From the IMG/VR virus record IMGVR_UViG_3300021961_000021: 64,000 nt of DNA; one strand, written 5' to 3'. Positions 25,876-35,589 of the stretch are shown one piece after another. A model generated the notes under the pieces. That model did no database searches. It was not told where the DNA came from and saw only the letters and a list, made by a program, of their open reading frames with translations. The stretch is from a virus. Position numbers and translations under genes: made by a program. The stretch's first letter is position 1. Each line of letters begins with the position of its first letter.

Positions 25876-26875
25876 ACTCTTTCTGTGCACATTCATCCAG
25901 TGCTTGCATTACTTCGGGGGTGAAATATTTTTCGGGATCAGCAAGTATAACAGAAGGATAAACGGAAGATTCCCCAACAACGACGCGATTCCCCTTACGG
26001 GTGAATACTCCGTATTTCTCACCCAGTTCCAGTAATCCGAAATAGCGATCCAATCCGCGTTCATCATAGTACAACCTCGTAGCAACTTTACTGTTCTCTT
26101 TAGTGAGTCGGGATTTCTTCGCCTCACACTTGATAATGTTACCCACTACCTCAGTACCATCCTTCTCCTTAGACTTGCTCAAGAACACAATAGTCGATGC
26201 AGCGTACTTCAGTCCACTACCACCGCCCATTTCTTTGGTTGGCACATAGGCACCCACCACGTCATAGGTGTGGTTGGTAACGATCATAGGAACGTTTGCT
26301 TTACCCAGTTTCAGAGTGAGCACACGGAAGATTGCTTTGACCACCTGAGCACGGGTCATATCACGAGTCTCTTTACCCGCTTCAGAGTCTTCGATTTCTT
26401 TTGTGGTAGACAACATACCAAGACTATCGAGAACAAACATCAAAGGTTTACGTTCGTCAAGTTTCTGCTCCATATACTTCTCAAGGATCTTGAGAGACTG
26501 AGTACGAAACTCCTGCACGGTAGTGACAGGAACAATCACCATACGTTTGCTGTCGATATTACGACTCTCGATCATCTCACGAGAGATTGCAGATTCAGAC
26601 TCAAAATAAATGACTCCAGCATCAGGATCAGTATCGAGGAAATGACGAACGATACTAAGAGCAAAGAAAGTTTTTCCAGTGCTGCTTTCTCCTGCAAGAG
26701 CGGTGATCTTGTTTGAAGGCAAACCTCCATAAATCGAACCACTAAGTAGGGCATTGAAAATATAGCTGCCACTATCAATGTAAGATGCGATATCTCCAGC
26801 AGCAATGCCGTCAGAAACCACACCAGCATATTCGTTGCCAATCTCAGAGACAACGTTATTTAGGAAACTGCTCAT
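25859..26875 (-). CDS. uvsX: RecA-like recombinase
   Basis: AGESSTGKT Walker [25 protein letters not shown]. Confidence 0.95.
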   Translation of the reverse strand: MSSFLNNVVSEIGNEYAGVVSDGIAAGDIASYIDSGSYIFNALLSGSIYGGLPSNKITALAGESSTGKTFFALSIVRHFLDTDPDAGVIYFESESAISREMIESRNIDSKRMVIVPVTTVQEFRTQSLKILEKYMEQKLDERKPLMFVLDSLGMLSTTKEIEDSEAGKETRDMTRAQVVKAIFRVLTLKLGKANVPMIVTNHTYDVVGAYVPTKEMGGGSGLKYAASTIVFLSKSKEKDGTEVVGNIIKCEAKKSRLTKENSKVATRLYYDERGLDRYFGLLELGEKYGVFTRKGNRVVVGESSVYPSVILADPEKYFTPEVMQALDECAQKEYGYGS

Positions 26876-29349
26876 ACAAATAGATCTTCTAGGGTTGCAA
26901 TTTTTTCTGCTCTCCAGTTGATCGTGTCAAGGATTACTTGGAGAGGATCGAGGAAACTCTTCTGGAATTGTAGGTCGTAATCAATGGACTTGTCAAGTCC
27001 AAATTCTGTTGGAAGAGTTTGGAAGAACGAGATGATGTTCTCGTTAATTTTATTTGGTTGACGAAGATACAGGAACTTGACCTTTTCACCTTCTTGTATC
27101 AACGGATACTTATGGGTGAGTTTGTTCTTCTTGTTATGGAAATTATATAGGAGTGCTCCACGAACTTGCACTGGAGTTGCCTTTGAGTAAATCGTTACTG
27201 GATTTGAATACTTGCTGAGACCGTTGCAACCTCGGGGGAAAGCGATGTCCTCTGGACGAAGAGATTCAAATTTGTTCCTGAAGTTTGCGACGAACTTTTG
27301 AACGTCGGATTCATCACCATTCATAATTACCTTAAGGGCATCCTTAATGGCAGTACGGCAAGCAGCAGGAGTGGATGATTTAACTGCTTCAATACCCATC
27401 ATTTTAAGTTTGGGTTCAGTGAACCTCACACCTTCAATGTCCCAGGCATTGAGAATATACCTTTTCTTAGCAGTCCAGATGCCTTTGTTAGCGATGGTCT
27501 CTCGCTTCATAAACATCTTCTGCTCATAGGCATTTACATATCGTGCCAGTTCTTCGTAAGAACTTTCAATATAAGGTTCAAGTTCCATTGAACAGACCTT
27601 ATCAAGGAACCCCACAATTTTCTCAGGAGTTTTCTCTCTCCCTTGGTATACACGGTCAACCAGAGGACCCAGGTTGAGATACAGAGAATCGGTATCAGAA
27701 GCAATAACATAATCAACGGAATCAGTTTTGAGGATTTTATTAAGATGCTGGTTCATCTTATTCTCAATCCAGCGGATTGAAAGTTGACCAGAAAGAGTAA
27801 TTGCCTCAGCATTTGCTAGGTTGAAGTACCGAAAATACTGATTACCAATGGCACCATAAGCGGAGTTGAGTTGGATCTTTCGTGCCATCTGAATGTTATT
27901 GCACCGCGAGATCTCATTCTGAAGTGTTGGATCACCAGTCTCCTCAAACTTCTGCTTAGCAGCGAGCATCTTCTTTTTGTAGATGGTACGATCACTATAG
28001 ATACGCTGCATCATTTCGGGCAAGAATCCGTGAATGTCCTTGCGATACTGTGCACCATTAGCACATACACAATAGTCGTTTGCAATCTGAACATTGCCAG
28101 ATAGAAGTTTATCCACCGAAATGCTAGGGAACCTAGAATCAATCAACGTCTCTGGAGAGATGTTGTACTGCATAATCAGGTGAGGATACAGACTATTGAG
28201 GTCAAATGATACGACCCATTCATACAAACCAGGAATGGGTTCTTTCACATATGCGCCAGCATACTTATCATTTTTATCGCTCTCCTGTTTGGGAGGAACA
28301 CAGATCTTGCGTTCTTTAAGGTAGTTGTAGATAAGCGTATCCCACATACGGACCTGTGAATACACATCCTCAAAGTTCACCTTAGCATCATATGCCATAG
28401 TGACAGCAAGTTCCAACAGTTTCATCTTATGCTCAAGACGATCCACCAGTTCCACGTCGTGCACGTTGTACTCAACAAACTTCTGCCAGTTCTGGGTATA
28501 GAAAGCTTTAAAGTTCTCAAACTCGCTGTGATCCAGTTTGTTGGCATTAAGTTCAACAAATGCAATATGATCCAGTCGATATGATTCTTGATTGCTATAG
28601 GTGAACTTTTGGTACAAATCAAGATAGTCAAGGATACTAACGCCCAGGATGTCATAGGCAAGATTCTTGCGACCCTTGATATACACCTCACGCATATTTA
28701 CCTTGTCCCAAGGAGAAAGTGATTTCATCCACTTCTCACCAAGAACACGCTCAATGCGACGGCAAATGTATGGGATATCGTACAAGTTACAGTTCCATCC
28801 AGTCACAATGTCAGGGGTATTATCAACCCACCACTTGTGAAAGTCTGCGAGCATTTCATTCTCAGTCCAGAATACACGATATTCAGTATCGAGTTTTGCT
28901 TCACGAGTTCCCCAGGTAATGAACTTACCAGATGAAAGATCCTTGATAGTAATAAGAAGCATCTCTTCCTGACACGCCTCAGTATCAGGGAATCCATTCT
29001 CGCAAGCAACCTCAATGTCGATCGTATAGATCTTCATATCCTTGAGATTAAATCTCAGGTCACCAGAATACTTCTCGCTGATCCATTGATATACGAATCG
29101 TTCATAACCGTGAACTTCAAATCCATCAACGTCCTTATACTTCTCAATGAACTCACGAGCACGACGAGCACCATCCTGAACAACAGGTGCCATCGGTTTA
29201 CCCTCAAGAGTCTTCCAGTCACCCTTAGGAGAAGGAACAAACAGAACTGGTTTAATAATCTCCTTATATGAAATGGGCGATCCATTCTCATACCCACGGC
29301 AAAGAATGGCATCGCCCAACAGTGTAACATTCGTGTAATAACTACTCAC
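26872..29349 (-). CDS. gp43: Family B DNA polymerase (T4 gp43-like)
   Basis: IDIEV exonuclease, [29 protein letters not shown]. Confidence 0.98.
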   Translation of the reverse strand: MSSYYTNVTLLGDAILCRGYENGSPISYKEIIKPVLFVPSPKGDWKTLEGKPMAPVVQDGARRAREFIEKYKDVDGFEVHGYERFVYQWISEKYSGDLRFNLKDMKIYTIDIEVACENGFPDTEACQEEMLLITIKDLSSGKFITWGTREAKLDTEYRVFWTENEMLADFHKWWVDNTPDIVTGWNCNLYDIPYICRRIERVLGEKWMKSLSPWDKVNMREVYIKGRKNLAYDILGVSILDYLDLYQKFTYSNQESYRLDHIAFVELNANKLDHSEFENFKAFYTQNWQKFVEYNVHDVELVDRLEHKMKLLELAVTMAYDAKVNFEDVYSQVRMWDTLIYNYLKERKICVPPKQESDKNDKYAGAYVKEPIPGLYEWVVSFDLNSLYPHLIMQYNISPETLIDSRFPSISVDKLLSGNVQIANDYCVCANGAQYRKDIHGFLPEMMQRIYSDRTIYKKKMLAAKQKFEETGDPTLQNEISRCNNIQMARKIQLNSAYGAIGNQYFRYFNLANAEAITLSGQLSIRWIENKMNQHLNKILKTDSVDYVIASDTDSLYLNLGPLVDRVYQGREKTPEKIVGFLDKVCSMELEPYIESSYEELARYVNAYEQKMFMKRETIANKGIWTAKKRYILNAWDIEGVRFTEPKLKMMGIEAVKSSTPAACRTAIKDALKVIMNGDESDVQKFVANFRNKFESLRPEDIAFPRGCNGLSKYSNPVTIYSKATPVQVRGALLYNFHNKKNKLTHKYPLIQEGEKVKFLYLRQPNKINENIISFFQTLPTEFGLDKSIDYDLQFQKSFLDPLQVILDTINWRAEKIATLEDLFV

Positions 29350-29582
29350 AGATTCTTCTTGTACCTAACGATGGTTTCTTGTGACGGTTCCACTATAGTA
29401 AGAATGACATCACTTGTCAAGAAAATATCTCGTTGATCTGTGTAGAGGGGGAAAGGTATGATCGTATCATCACCTAGTTTTACACAGGACTGAACAAGGT
29501 ACATCGGTTCCTCATCGAGTTCAACTACCTCCCCCATCAGATGTGTTTGATCCTTCAGAATCACGATTTTCAATGGATTCAT
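29346..29582 (-). CDS. Small all-beta hypothetical protein (Sm-like candidate)
   Basis: LKIVILKDQTHLMGEVVE pattern. Confidence 0.65.
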   Translation of the reverse strand: MNPLKIVILKDQTHLMGEVVELDEEPMYLVQSCVKLGDDTIIPFPLYTDQRDIFLTSDVILTIVEPSQETIVRYKKNL

Positions 29583-29913
29583 TGTGGTGTACCTCTGTTA
29601 GTTTTTCCCATTTTGATTTTACTTCTGGATGCGGTTCGTAAATTGTAACCACTTGACTGACCTGAACCAGTGTTCTGTTATCTACTGATAGAGGAATCCA
29701 AGGAAACAATTCCAAATTTAGATCGTTGATTTTCTGAGGTTCATCAGTGGCACCAGACTCAAACAGCATTTCTGCTGTAGCAGTAAGTGTAATCTGATAT
29801 GGATTGATCAGAAAATATCCAATAGGACTATAAGATTCTTGAGTTGGAAATGCTTCTCTAACGTCAGCAATTACATCTTCACCATTTCCGAGTCTTACGA
29901 TTTTTACGGTCAT
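29521..29913 (-). CDS. Hypothetical protein (Sm-like candidate)
   Basis: VKIVRLGNGEDVIADV...LFPWIPLS. Confidence 0.7.
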   Translation of the reverse strand: MTVKIVRLGNGEDVIADVREAFPTQESYSPIGYFLINPYQITLTATAEMLFESGATDEPQKINDLNLELFPWIPLSVDNRTLVQVSQVVTIYEPHPEVKSKWEKLTEVHHNESIENRDSEGSNTSDGGGS

Positions 29914-30106
29914 AGTTTTTCTCAATTAATTTGTAATAAACACCGCGAACGAGATCAACGAATGCTTTTCTAGTAGTAATGTTTTTCTCATCTGCTAACA
30001 GACGAGACAAGTATAGCATTTCCTCAACGTGTTCCGTAGGAACATCAAGAGTAATACTTTCATAATCTTCACACAGTCTAGGTGTGCAATTGACATAATG
30101 ATTCAT
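29879..30106 (-). CDS. Hypothetical protein (start revised to MNHY)
   Basis: ORF track; TATAAATA at 30169-30162. Confidence 0.6.
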   Translation of the reverse strand: MNHYVNCTPRLCEDYESITLDVPTEHVEEMLYLSRLLADEKNITTRKAFVDLVRGVYYKLIEKNYDRKNRKTRKW

Positions 30107-30121
30107 AGAAAAATCCCTCAA

Positions 30122-30151
30122 CAAAAAGAGACCCCCAGTGGGAGTCTCTTC
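30122..30151 (-). terminator. Intrinsic terminator after porin-like gene
   Basis: AGAGACTCC-CACTG-GGGGTCTCT-TTTTG. Confidence 0.75.
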
Positions 30152-30176
30152 GATTGTATTTTATTTATACAATCTA

Positions 30177-30554
30177 TCAGAAGGAATAACGAACTTTGAG
30201 TTCGCCACCGAGATCGGTAACCTTGGAAAGATTACCATACTCACCAGTAACCTTGGCAGCAACACCAACGTTCTTGGCAACCTTAGCCTTTACGCCAACT
30301 TCAGCAACAGCAACTTCTTCGTTTTTAGTTTTACCAGTGTTCCACTCGTAACCAGGGCCAATCTCACCATAAACGGTGACACCCTTAGCAACTTTCTCTT
30401 CATAACCAATACGAAGTTCGGTTTGAGCACCTTTGTAAGTGCTGTCACCGTTGGCAAAAGCAACACCAGAAGTAGTTTTGCTTTCAACGTAAGGACCAGC
30501 AAGGGCAGGAGCTGCCATCAGGGGAAGGGCAGCAAGAGCGATTGCGAATTTCAT
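30177..30554 (-). CDS. Small outer-membrane beta-barrel-like protein
   Basis: Signal peptide MKFAIALAALPLMAAPALA; alternating beta pattern; C-terminal KVRYSF. Confidence 0.8.
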   Translation of the reverse strand: MKFAIALAALPLMAAPALAGPYVESKTTSGVAFANGDSTYKGAQTELRIGYEEKVAKGVTVYGEIGPGYEWNTGKTKNEEVAVAEVGVKAKVAKNVGVAAKVTGEYGNLSKVTDLGGELKVRYSF

Positions 30555-30582
30555 AAAAGTTTTATGCGATTTACAGTGTCTT

Positions 30583-30614
30583 AAAAAAAGACCTCTACAA
30601 TCTAGCAGAGGTCT
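30583..30614 (-). terminator. Intrinsic terminator between the two porin-like genes
   Basis: AGACCTCT-N10-AGAGGTCT-TTTTTT. Confidence 0.7.
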
Positions 30615-30644
30615 CGGATTTTGTCGTTAAGGTTTAGTTAATGA

Positions 30645-31019
30645 TCAGAAGGTGTACTTTACGCCAGCCTTCACGTTGGTCAGGAGGTTATCAACCTCAA
30701 AACCGTTGGTGGTCGAACCCCACACTTCACCGTAGATACCCAGACTATCGGTAGCGGCAATGTTGATGCCGACCTTACCAGACAGTTCAACTTCGCTATC
30801 GCCACCATCGGGAAGCACGAAGTTGGGACCGAGTTGAGCATAACCAGTCACGTTACCACCCAGAGCACCTTCGACGCCCAGGTGAGTTTCAATGGTGCTA
30901 CCACCATAGTTGCTACCAGCGAAACCTGAATTGGATTCAGCGTTAACGTAGGGTCCTGCCATTGCAGCACCAGCGAAAAGGGGAGCAGCAGCGAGTGCTG
31001 CGAATGCGGATTTAATCAT
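30645..31019 (-). CDS. Small outer-membrane beta-barrel-like protein (paralog)
   Basis: Signal peptide MIKSAFAALAAAPLFAGAAMA-GPYV; C-terminal GVKYTF. Confidence 0.8.
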   Translation of the reverse strand: MIKSAFAALAAAPLFAGAAMAGPYVNAESNSGFAGSNYGGSTIETHLGVEGALGGNVTGYAQLGPNFVLPDGGDSEVELSGKVGINIAATDSLGIYGEVWGSTTNGFEVDNLLTNVKAGVKYTF

Positions 31020-31041
31020 TTTAGATACCTCGTTATTTTCT

Positions 31042-31170
31042 CGCAGAATAATATACCTGCGGATGTAAAGAGACTCGACTTGTCTCTGTTTAGTTCACGT
31101 CACTAGGCGAGTAGTTGAGGCTTCGTTTCGATCACTTATTTATAATACCAAGAATCACCTGTCTTGTCAA
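31042..31170 (-). promoter_or_regulatory. Fused early+late promoter and structured leader of the porin-like gene
   Basis: TTGACA (31170-31165), 17 bp, TATTAT overlapping TATAAATA (31144-31137); hairpins at 31069-31087 and 31042-31061. Confidence 0.75.
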
Positions 31171-31622
31171 GAGATTTCGTAGACCTTTTTCTTTTGATGG
31201 TCTGGAATGACTTTCTCAAGTGAGATGGTCAGCATACCATTTGAAAACTGAACGTCTTTAACAATCACATCATCAGCAATATTGAACCCTCTGGTGAAGG
31301 ATCTATTTGCTACTCCACGATGTAGATACTGAGCATCTTGTTCTGGTTGTGACTTAATAGATTCAATAATAAGGATATTGGATTCAGTAGTTACACTGAT
31401 GTCATCCTTATCCCATCCAGCAAGTGCCATCTCAATTCTCCATTCGGTATTTGAATCTTTAATCAAATTATATGGAGGATAGGAACCGCCAGGATGATTG
31501 GTGCCATATGAGTGCAGACGATTGAATACATCGTCCAGTCCTACACTATATCGAGTGACAGCATCCCTGATGCTATCAAGATCTTTCGTAGTGTAACGAA
31601 CAATTTGATCGACGTTGGTCAT
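31167..31622 (-). CDS. hsp20: Small heat-shock protein (Hsp20 family; start revised to MTNV)
   Basis: YPPYNLIK, IEMALAGW, YLHRGVANRSF, FSNGMLTISLEKVIPDHQK; AAGGAG RBS. Confidence 0.93.
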   Translation of the reverse strand: MTNVDQIVRYTTKDLDSIRDAVTRYSVGLDDVFNRLHSYGTNHPGGSYPPYNLIKDSNTEWRIEMALAGWDKDDISVTTESNILIIESIKSQPEQDAQYLHRGVANRSFTRGFNIADDVIVKDVQFSNGMLTISLEKVIPDHQKKKVYEIS

Positions 31623-31736
31623 TGTAGTTCTCCTTAAAAAGCGAGATTCGTTGTGTGGTCCCCGAAGGCAACCGATAATATTTAACAAAATTACTTCCAA
31701 GTTGCAACTACGGTTATCCACACCAGTAAACATTTT

Positions 31737-31744
31737 CATAAATA
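31737..31744 (+). promoter_or_regulatory. Late promoter for the plus-strand operon, divergent from hsp20
   Basis: CATAAATA 25 nt upstream of ATG 31769; opposite TAAATA at 31684-31679. Confidence 0.65.
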
Positions 31745-31768
31745 GGATCGTAGTGTACTTACGAAGGA

Positions 31769-32248
31769 ATGAAAAAACTTATTCCTCTCGTTATGTTACT
31801 GATGACGGCACCTGCATATGCCGATGTTACACATAAACTGTCAACTTCAGTTCAATTAACTGTTGATGCTGCTGCTTCACAAGCAACCCGTATTGGTTCA
31901 ACTTATTCGGTAAGTGGCAACAACCTGACCATTACAACGGAGGGTGGACTTGGTTCACTTACTTCTGGTACTGCAGTTGGTTACACTCCAACCGACTATA
32001 CAGCACCAAGCACAGCATTCACATTTACAGAATCTTTCATTCAGGGAGATAACGTCCCAACAGGAACAACCGTTACTAGCGGAGTCGTTGGTTCGCTTCC
32101 CGCATATGGAAACGTTACGACCACTGCTGGTGGGGTGGCTGGTTCTCTCGCTGGCACTATCACTACAGCTGGGGCGGTATCGCTAACTGCTGGTGGGGCA
32201 GGTACAAGTGCAACAGGGCAATTCGTGACAGAAATCACTGTCAAGTAA
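31769..32248 (+). CDS. Secreted Thr/Gly-rich hypothetical protein
   Basis: Signal peptide MKKLIPLVMLLMTAPAYA; 159 aa. Confidence 0.8.
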   Translation: MKKLIPLVMLLMTAPAYADVTHKLSTSVQLTVDAAASQATRIGSTYSVSGNNLTITTEGGLGSLTSGTAVGYTPTDYTAPSTAFTFTESFIQGDNVPTGTTVTSGVVGSLPAYGNVTTTAGGVAGSLAGTITTAGAVSLTAGGAGTSATGQFVTEITVK

Positions 32249-32259
32249 GTTGTATAGAT

Positions 32260-32676
32260 ATGAAGAGAATACTTCTTGTGGTACTACTATCGGGATCGCC
32301 CGCTATGGCGGTCCCAGTTGTTCCTAACTTTACTCAAGGAACATTAACTTCCACAACGACAACTAAATCAGTTGTCACTGAAACGATCAACTCCCGTGAT
32401 TATAGAACAGGATGGGAATACACAATTACAGGTACGAACATTACGAATGGTGGGGCGAAAGTAAATCCATCCACAACAGTAACGTCAACCACGACAACAG
32501 GAACTCAATCCGCTCTGGATCTAAATTCACTTGGAAACTACACAATCCAAGACGCAACAAAATCCTGGCAGTTTACACAGACATATTCTGGTCCAGGTTT
32601 AGTAAACGAAACTATAATTCAAAGATCAACAGAAATAGAATCGGTCACAGAATCGGTGTCAGTATTCTCGCAGTAG
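32260..32676 (+). CDS. Secreted Thr-rich hypothetical protein
   Basis: Signal peptide MKRILLVVLLSGSPAMA-VPVVPNF; 138 aa. Confidence 0.8.
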   Translation: MKRILLVVLLSGSPAMAVPVVPNFTQGTLTSTTTTKSVVTETINSRDYRTGWEYTITGTNITNGGAKVNPSTTVTSTTTTGTQSALDLNSLGNYTIQDATKSWQFTQTYSGPGLVNETIIQRSTEIESVTESVSVFSQ

Positions 32677-33425
32677 GTCTTTATGGACTGCCCGCATATG
32701 CTCAGGATGTTGGGGGTGTATCTGCTACTGCTGCTCCTGTTGCTAATAGCAGTGGCAGCGTTACCAACCAGGCGATCCAGGTCTTACAGGGTCCGTATAT
32801 TACAAATACCTACGGGGGTGGTGTATCCTGCCAAGGTCCAACGTTAAATATCACACCATTCATCACAGATAGCAAATCTAGGCAAGTACCCTACGAACAA
32901 TATTATAACGATCCAGTCTATGATATGAGAGATCTGGATGATGATGGTGCACCAGATAACCCTGGCAATGTTCTATTCTACAAGCCAATCAGAACTGGTC
33001 AGAAAGATAGTTTATCTTTCAACTACGGTCTATCAGCAACCATATCAATACCACTGGACTTCAGTCTACAGAGTAAATGTAGGGCAGCTGCTGATGCTCA
33101 GACAAAAATGCAAAACCAATTAATTGCTAACAAGAGATTGGATTTTGAGATTGCTCGTTTAAAGAACTGTGGTGAACTGATGAAACAAGGTATTATGTTT
33201 CACCCAAAGTCACCATACTATGCAATCTGTGCAGATGTGGTATTAGTCACTCCTAAGATACCCGTAGCGAATCACACGCACACTATTTCAGTCCCCGCTT
33301 CAACTGCTTCAAAGACTTCGTTAAATCCGACACAGCGCGGTTCCGATCCCTCTGAGACAGGATACGTTCCCTTACACTCTCACGGGGCGGTTCCTTCCCC
33401 CGTGCCTTCTGCAACTTCGCAATAA
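32640..33425 (+). CDS. Secreted/outer-membrane hypothetical protein; start codon unresolved
   Basis: ORF track 32412..33425; signal-like VSILAVGLYGLPAYA near 32660-32703 with no in-frame ATG/GTG/TTG after 32412. Confidence 0.7.
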   Translation: MGHRIGVSILAVGLYGLPAYAQDVGGVSATAAPVANSSGSVTNQAIQVLQGPYITNTYGGGVSCQGPTLNITPFITDSKSRQVPYEQYYNDPVYDMRDLDDDGAPDNPGNVLFYKPIRTGQKDSLSFNYGLSATISIPLDFSLQSKCRAAADAQTKMQNQLIANKRLDFEIARLKNCGELMKQGIMFHPKSPYYAICADVVLVTPKIPVANHTHTISVPASTASKTSLNPTQRGSDPSETGYVPLHSHGAVPSPVPSATSQ

Positions 33426-34047
33426 TCTTTTTGATTGTCGGTTTAATCAACTTCAACAAAAAGTCCGCGAAAGGTTTTGCCAAGAGTGCTGAAGTAGTTG
33501 CAACTAGAGCAATTGATGCTGTAGTGGTAACTGCTTCAATGGGTGGCAGCAGAGATTGCTCGGGAGTTATAGGTTGCTCAGGCAATACTTTAACGGGAGT
33601 TATAGGTTGCTGAGAATTCTCCTTGGTAGTATTCCCATTCTCGGATGAATTTACGACAGCAGTGTTGATCTGTGCTGCACGTCTTGCGGCATCTAAAGCA
33701 TCTGCCTTCGTCTGTTCGTCAGGTTCCGATTGCAATTTCGGGGGAACAACCTTAGGTCTGCTGAAGGTCATATCATTGGGGTTGTATTCAATCGGATTGT
33801 ATGATGGCATCGTTCCATCACACAAAACCATATTACCCCTAGGATCTTGTGTAGGTAGATCCTTGTTATTGTTCTCTCTGGTCTCCACACAACCAGGAAC
33901 TTGCATAATAGGAGTTCCTATAGTCTCAGTAACTATTGGAGTTCTCGGTATCACAGGAGAAATCTCTGGCACTGCTACCGTAATTGGAGCAACACCAGAG
34001 ATTCCAACATCAAGATTTGGTATACTTACATCCCGTATATCAGGCAT
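33283..34047 (-). CDS. Hypothetical Pro-rich protein with C-terminal hydrophobic segment
   Basis: ORF track; ATG 34047 coupled to the upstream TGA; converges on the plus-strand operon. Confidence 0.75.
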   Translation of the reverse strand: MPDIRDVSIPNLDVGISGVAPITVAVPEISPVIPRTPIVTETIGTPIMQVPGCVETRENNNKDLPTQDPRGNMVLCDGTMPSYNPIEYNPNDMTFSRPKVVPPKLQSEPDEQTKADALDAARRAAQINTAVVNSSENGNTTKENSQQPITPVKVLPEQPITPEQSLLPPIEAVTTTASIALVATTSALLAKPFADFLLKLIKPTIKKIIAKLQKARGKEPPRESVRERILSQRDRNRAVSDLTKSLKQLKRGLK

Positions 34048-34154
34048 CAATCCTCAGTAAAAAAACCAACGATTCCAGAAAACAAGTGGAAGAAGAAAAC
34101 ATATAAAAAGAACTTCCCTTCGGTATCATTCTTCTTCCTTCTGCTAGTAGTCAT
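34047..34154 (-). CDS. Small single-TM peptide (35 aa)
   Basis: Hand-translated MTTSRRKKNDTEGKFFLYVFFFHLFSGIVGFFTED. Confidence 0.55.
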   Translation of the reverse strand: MTTSRRKKNDTEGKFFLYVFFFHLFSGIVGFFTED

Positions 34155-34181
34155 AGTATATGTTTATAGCTACAATATATA

Positions 34182-34481
34182 TCAGAAGGGAATTGCAGGA
34201 CCAGACAGGATTGTTTTGTTTTGTAACGGTAATGCACCGCCAACTTTGGGAATGGATGTCTTAACCAGATTACCGATCATAGGTTTTACTGCATTGATTG
34301 CACCCTCGGTTGCTGCTTTAGTAACAACATCCTTAAGTTTCTTCTCTGCTAGTTCTGCTGCCTTGTCGGTAGCAGATTGAATGATCGCTTCCCTCTTAGC
34401 ATAGACAGTAACACCAACCCCAACCAATGCCAGGTTCATACCAAACGATGCTAGGGCGAGCAAGTTAATTAGTTTCTGCAT
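34182..34481 (-). CDS. Membrane-anchored protein (99 aa; start revised to MQKL)
   Basis: N-terminal TM LINLLALASFGMNLALVGVGVTVYA. Confidence 0.7.
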   Translation of the reverse strand: MQKLINLLALASFGMNLALVGVGVTVYAKREAIIQSATDKAAELAEKKLKDVVTKAATEGAINAVKPMIGNLVKTSIPKVGGALPLQNKTILSGPAIPF

Positions 34482-34485
34482 AAGA

Positions 34486-34848
34486 TTATGTGCGAGGTTT
34501 AACGTAACCTTCCTGAGGTTCTTCACCACCATCTTCCTTCGGTTCATCTTCCCAAATAGGACGAACAGAAGGTTCTTCTTCATCTTTAGGTTTGGCATAA
34601 ACTGGTGTTGCATCACCAGTTGGTGTATTGGTGCCATTACCAGTATTTTTTGCTGCAGCAATACCGAATCCAGCGAGAGATCCAGAGAATACAGAGGCAA
34701 TAAAAGTGGGATCAAAATCGAGAATCTTCTGCCCAGATGGCAGGCGGAAATAAGATGCAGTCAATAATGATGCGCTCCAAACCAGGATTGAAACTTTTAT
34801 CAAATCAGATAACCATTCTCTTTTCTTTTCGTGGTCTTCGTTTTCCAT
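34486..34848 (-). CDS. Two-TM membrane protein (120 aa)
   Basis: VSILVWSASLLTASY and DPTFIASVFSGSLAGFGI; TAAATA at 34855-34850. Confidence 0.75.
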   Translation of the reverse strand: MENEDHEKKREWLSDLIKVSILVWSASLLTASYFRLPSGQKILDFDPTFIASVFSGSLAGFGIAAAKNTGNGTNTPTGDATPVYAKPKDEEEPSVRPIWEDEPKEDGGEEPQEGYVKPRT

Positions 34849-34873
34849 TTATTTAACATAAACGTTTGACACA

Positions 34874-35095
34874 CTATTTATTTTTTGGAGCATTGCAATC
34901 ATTGCAGTAATAAGAAAACCCCCATCTAAAGGTTTTCACTACTTGATAGTGATCTTTATCCAGGGGTTTTTCTATGTCACATTTACTACAAATCCTTGTG
35001 CTGCTTTTTACGGACTCGTTTGAGTTCTTTGAGTTCTTCTTTAATGCGTTTGTAAGCAGTCTCAGCATCAATCTTGTCTCCAAGTTCCATTGCAA
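34874..35095 (-). CDS. Small zinc-ribbon protein; start uncertain
   Basis: CSKC...YYCNDC. Confidence 0.45.
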   Translation of the reverse strand: MQWNLETRLMLRLLTNALKKNSKNSNESVKSSTRICSKCDIEKPLDKDHYQVVKTFRWGFSYYCNDCNAPKNK

Positions 35096-35162
35096 TAATT
35101 ATATCTACCCTAGTACCAAAATGTGCTAGGGCAGTTTCAAATTTGTCTAAATCCTCATACAT
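34986..35162 (-). CDS. Hypothetical protein (start revised to MYED)
   Basis: FETALAHFGTRVDIIIAMELGDKIDAETAYKRIK. Confidence 0.65.
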   Translation of the reverse strand: MYEDLDKFETALAHFGTRVDIIIAMELGDKIDAETAYKRIKEELKELKRVRKKQHKDL

Positions 35163-35589
35163 CAGTAGCAGCCTTTTTCTTGCCAATGTTGTATTTAGAT
35201 TCCAGAATCCATTCGCCTTTGTCTTTGAAAGCGATAACTTTAATCTGATTCAACGGAGCGATGTCTTCGATCTGCTCGTCTGCAACGATACCAACCAGTC
35301 CCCAATCGGAAAGAAGTTTGGTAATACGATTTCTACGCTGAACATCGTTGATTGTAAGGTTTGCGTGTTTGCCATCAAGGGCAAACAGTTCCTTAAAATG
35401 TACGATGTAGTATCTACCTTTCTTATGTAAGATATGGCAGGACTGAAACAGTTTCTTTTCTTTACGAGAAGCAACACCAATACGAGTAAGAGTTTCTCTA
35501 ATCTTCAGAAAGTCATCTGGTTGTTTAAGAGTAACTTCCACCATCATATCAGGTGACCAGCTCAATTCGATGGATTTTTCATCCGTCAT
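35155..35589 (-). CDS. regA: Translational repressor RegA
   Basis: PDDFLKIRETLTRIGVASR, QSCHILHKKGRYYIVHFKELFALDGK. Confidence 0.95.
   Translation of the reverse strand: MTDEKSIELSWSPDMMVEVTLKQPDDFLKIRETLTRIGVASRKEKKLFQSCHILHKKGRYYIVHFKELFALDGKHANLTINDVQRRNRITKLLSDWGLVGIVADEQIEDIAPLNQIKVIAFKDKGEWILESKYNIGKKKAATDV

Noticed and set aside
32412-32676. Possible -1 frameshift joining plus-strand genes 2 and 3
   Set aside because: Frames are compatible, but I found no X XXY YYZ heptamer in gene 2's frame, and gene 3 has its own signal-like segment.
33561-33611. 18-bp direct repeat, period 33
   Set aside because: Only two copies, in frame within a CDS (QPITP twice); not CRISPR-like.
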